Assembly (NCBI RefSeq): GCF_002087085.1 | Contig: NZ_MWQY01000008.1 | Span: forward strand, 178,251-198,250 | Length of the DNA stretch: 20,000 nt | Reading direction: 5' to 3' | Part shown: one piece after another, positions 18,467 to 20,000 of the stretch | How positions within the stretch are numbered: position 1 is the first letter of the stretch | Layout of the letters: every line of letters begins with the position of its first letter | Program-made: the position numbers and the translations under genes | The notes under the pieces: model-generated | The model's input: the letters and a program-made list of their open reading frames with translations, nothing else | Databases searched by the model: none | What the model was told of the DNA's origin: nothing

Positions 18467-18719
18467 AGCGTTTGTTCTCCAGGCATAAGAACCATTATTC
18501 GAACCATGAGGAGAATTTCCTTCGAATCCCCAAACATAGTCTCCACGGAAAAGTGCGTTTGGCCGTAGCGAGGCCATTGATTGCGTTGGGTTGCGTGTAG
18601 GCCTTTGCGCGGCTGCGCGGCCAGGCGCGGGCCAGCGTTCGGCCTCAGTGTTACTACGACAAGCCTTCGCTATGAAATTCCCTTTTCCTTCACCTCTTCG
18701 AAGCCCTAAAAAAATGTCT
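18467..18719. other. ORF-less cassette body, copy 2
   Basis: Roughly 80-85% identical to copy 1 by manual alignment. Confidence 0.7.
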
Positions 18720-18893
18720 GTATAACATCCAATTGAGCTGCGTGGCGTTAAGTTGGCATGCGTTTGTGCTGTTACTCAACCAACAGTATATCACCAATTT
18801 CGCTCTCATCGCTCTCTTTTCAGCTACAGATCTCTTGGAACCAGTAGCACAAACCATGACAATAGCCACGACTGCTCCAATTGCGGGTTATGT
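18720..18893 (-). repeat. attC site F (174 bp, long type, divergent loop)
   Basis: GTATAACATCCAATTGAGCTGCGTGGC...GCCACGACTGCTCCAATTGCGGGTTATGT. Confidence 0.92.
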
Positions 18894-18901
18894 AGCGACA
18901 C

Positions 18902-19888
18902 TTAAACTTTTATGCCAGCAAAATGTTTATCAAGAATATTTTTAATTTCCACCTTTAGATTATTCTCAAAATCGTCATCAATTATTGTATACTTTGTTAT
19001 TGGAATAAAATACTCTCCTTCATTCTCAAATTTTAACCCTTTAGATATCTCAGTAGAAAATTCTTTAGGAATTGAAACAGCAAAAATGAATTCGTCATAA
19101 ATTAAATTAAATCCAACGAAAAAATATCCCTTATATGGTTTTTCTACATCAAAATACTGTCCCCAACCATAGGAATCAAACTGTTCGCCTCCGGCTTTCC
19201 AACTATAATTTGTATTTAAATTAAGATAATCAGTAATTTCTACTTTTATCAAAGCTATTTGCTTTTTCCATTTATCAAGTATACTAGCTGCATAACCTAA
19301 GTCTCTTTGATTAAACATCAACACTACCTCTTGACGACTTAATTTAAAATTTGGCGTACTATGTATAACTACCCCAGAAATATATCTAAGTATTTCATTG
19401 TTTATTGGATGGTCCTTATCAATATCCTCTTCAATTAACCTGCCTAACAAGCTTTCCCAGTAAACAATACGTATCAATTTATCTGAATATTCTTTTTGTA
19501 CCTGCTCAACTACCTCAGTTTCAATATGATTCATTGGTATCAAATAAACTAATTTCGTAAACTTTTTTCTTTGCTTCTCCTTTTTTACAAAATCTGGATA
19601 GTCAAATATTTGAGTTTTTTCAAATTCTCTACTTTTACTTGTTTTTATTTCAAATAAGATTAAAGTCTCGGAATTTTCAATAATAATATCAGGTATGCCA
19701 ATGTGCATACTTTTCTGTGTTTTAATATCATTGTATGCGATGCTATTAATCTCTTCTTCACTAAGGCCAATTTCTTTTAAGACAATGTTGAGTATATATT
19801 TTCTTCTTATTAGGTTGCACAGCAACTCGGTTACAGAATTCTCGTCTCCTCTTACAGCCTTATAAAGATAACTATCTGTCCTTTCCAT
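18902..19888 (-). CDS. PD-(D/E)XK nuclease family protein
   Basis: ENSVTELL...IPDIIIENSETLILFEIKT catalytic pattern; ATG 19888 follows AGGA (the track start is 19909). Confidence 0.8.
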   Translation of the reverse strand: MERTDSYLYKAVRGDENSVTELLCNLIRRKYILNIVLKEIGLSEEEINSIAYNDIKTQKSMHIGIPDIIIENSETLILFEIKTSKSREFEKTQIFDYPDFVKKEKQRKKFTKLVYLIPMNHIETEVVEQVQKEYSDKLIRIVYWESLLGRLIEEDIDKDHPINNEILRYISGVVIHSTPNFKLSRQEVVLMFNQRDLGYAASILDKWKKQIALIKVEITDYLNLNTNYSWKAGGEQFDSYGWGQYFDVEKPYKGYFFVGFNLIYDEFIFAVSIPKEFSTEISKGLKFENEGEYFIPITKYTIIDDDFENNLKVEIKNILDKHFAGIKV

Positions 19889-19943
19889 TTTGCATCCTAT
19901 ATTTAACATTTACAGCATCTCTAAGAACCTGAATTTTTCGCCT

Positions 19944-20000
19944 ACATAACATCCAATTGAGCTGCGTGGCGTTAAGTTGGCATGCGTTTGTGCTGCTACC
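19944..20000 (-). repeat. attC site G (partial, cut by the window edge)
   Basis: ACATAACATCCAATTGAGCTGCGTGGCGTTAAGTTGGCATGCGTTTGTGCTG, nearly identical to the corresponding arm of F. Confidence 0.9.

Larger units (their letters stand above)
12669..20000 (-). mobile_element. Integron gene-cassette array (distal end; 7 cassettes; integrase not in window)
   Basis: Related imperfect palindromes bounded by TAAC...GTTA lie downstream of each co-oriented minus-strand gene block; the coding cassettes are AT-rich. Confidence 0.93.

Noticed and set aside
18461..18577. 38-aa minus-strand ORF (MASLRPNALF...) ending at the attC TAA
   Set aside because: It has no RBS, the paralogous copy has an internal stop, and most differences are non-synonymous.
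16735..18945. Plus-strand ORFs 16735..16935, 17884..18084, 18156..18488 and 18733..18945, which resemble each other
   Set aside because: Their similarity comes from translating attC repeats; they run antisense to the array and have no RBS.
14123..20000. CRISPR array or REP/MITE repeats
   Set aside because: The repeats are 101-174 bp, are separated by whole genes, have attC R/L box architecture, and no cas genes are present.

Overview
The window has two halves. Positions 1-12.4 kb are moderately GC-rich backbone, and the gene style suggests a free-living spirochaete (weak inference). They hold the 5' part of a methyl-accepting chemotaxis gene, a rhodanese lipoprotein, two hypothetical envelope proteins, a long NagB/LmbE-like fusion, and a co-oriented five-gene cluster (GNAT-deacetylase fusion, KamA-family radical SAM, two Ddl-like ATP-grasp ligases, small GNAT) that looks like an uncharacterised beta-amino-acid/peptide pathway. 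Positions 12.5-20 kb are the distal end of an integron cassette array on the minus strand, with 6 complete attC sites (101 or 171-174 bp), one cut by the window edge, and a terminal half-site fused to an IS3 remnant. No integrase lies in the window; it would be expected beyond 20000. The AT-rich coding cassettes carry a probably truncated OLD-like ATPase, a HigB/HigA/SecB-like toxin-antitoxin-chaperone triad, a Fic protein with its own promoter and repeats, a frameshifted PD-(D/E)XK nuclease plus a 56-aa zinc-ribbon gene, and a second PD-(D/E)XK nuclease. Two tandem paralogous cassettes are ORF-less and structured. All calls come from reading motifs by eye; no searches were run.
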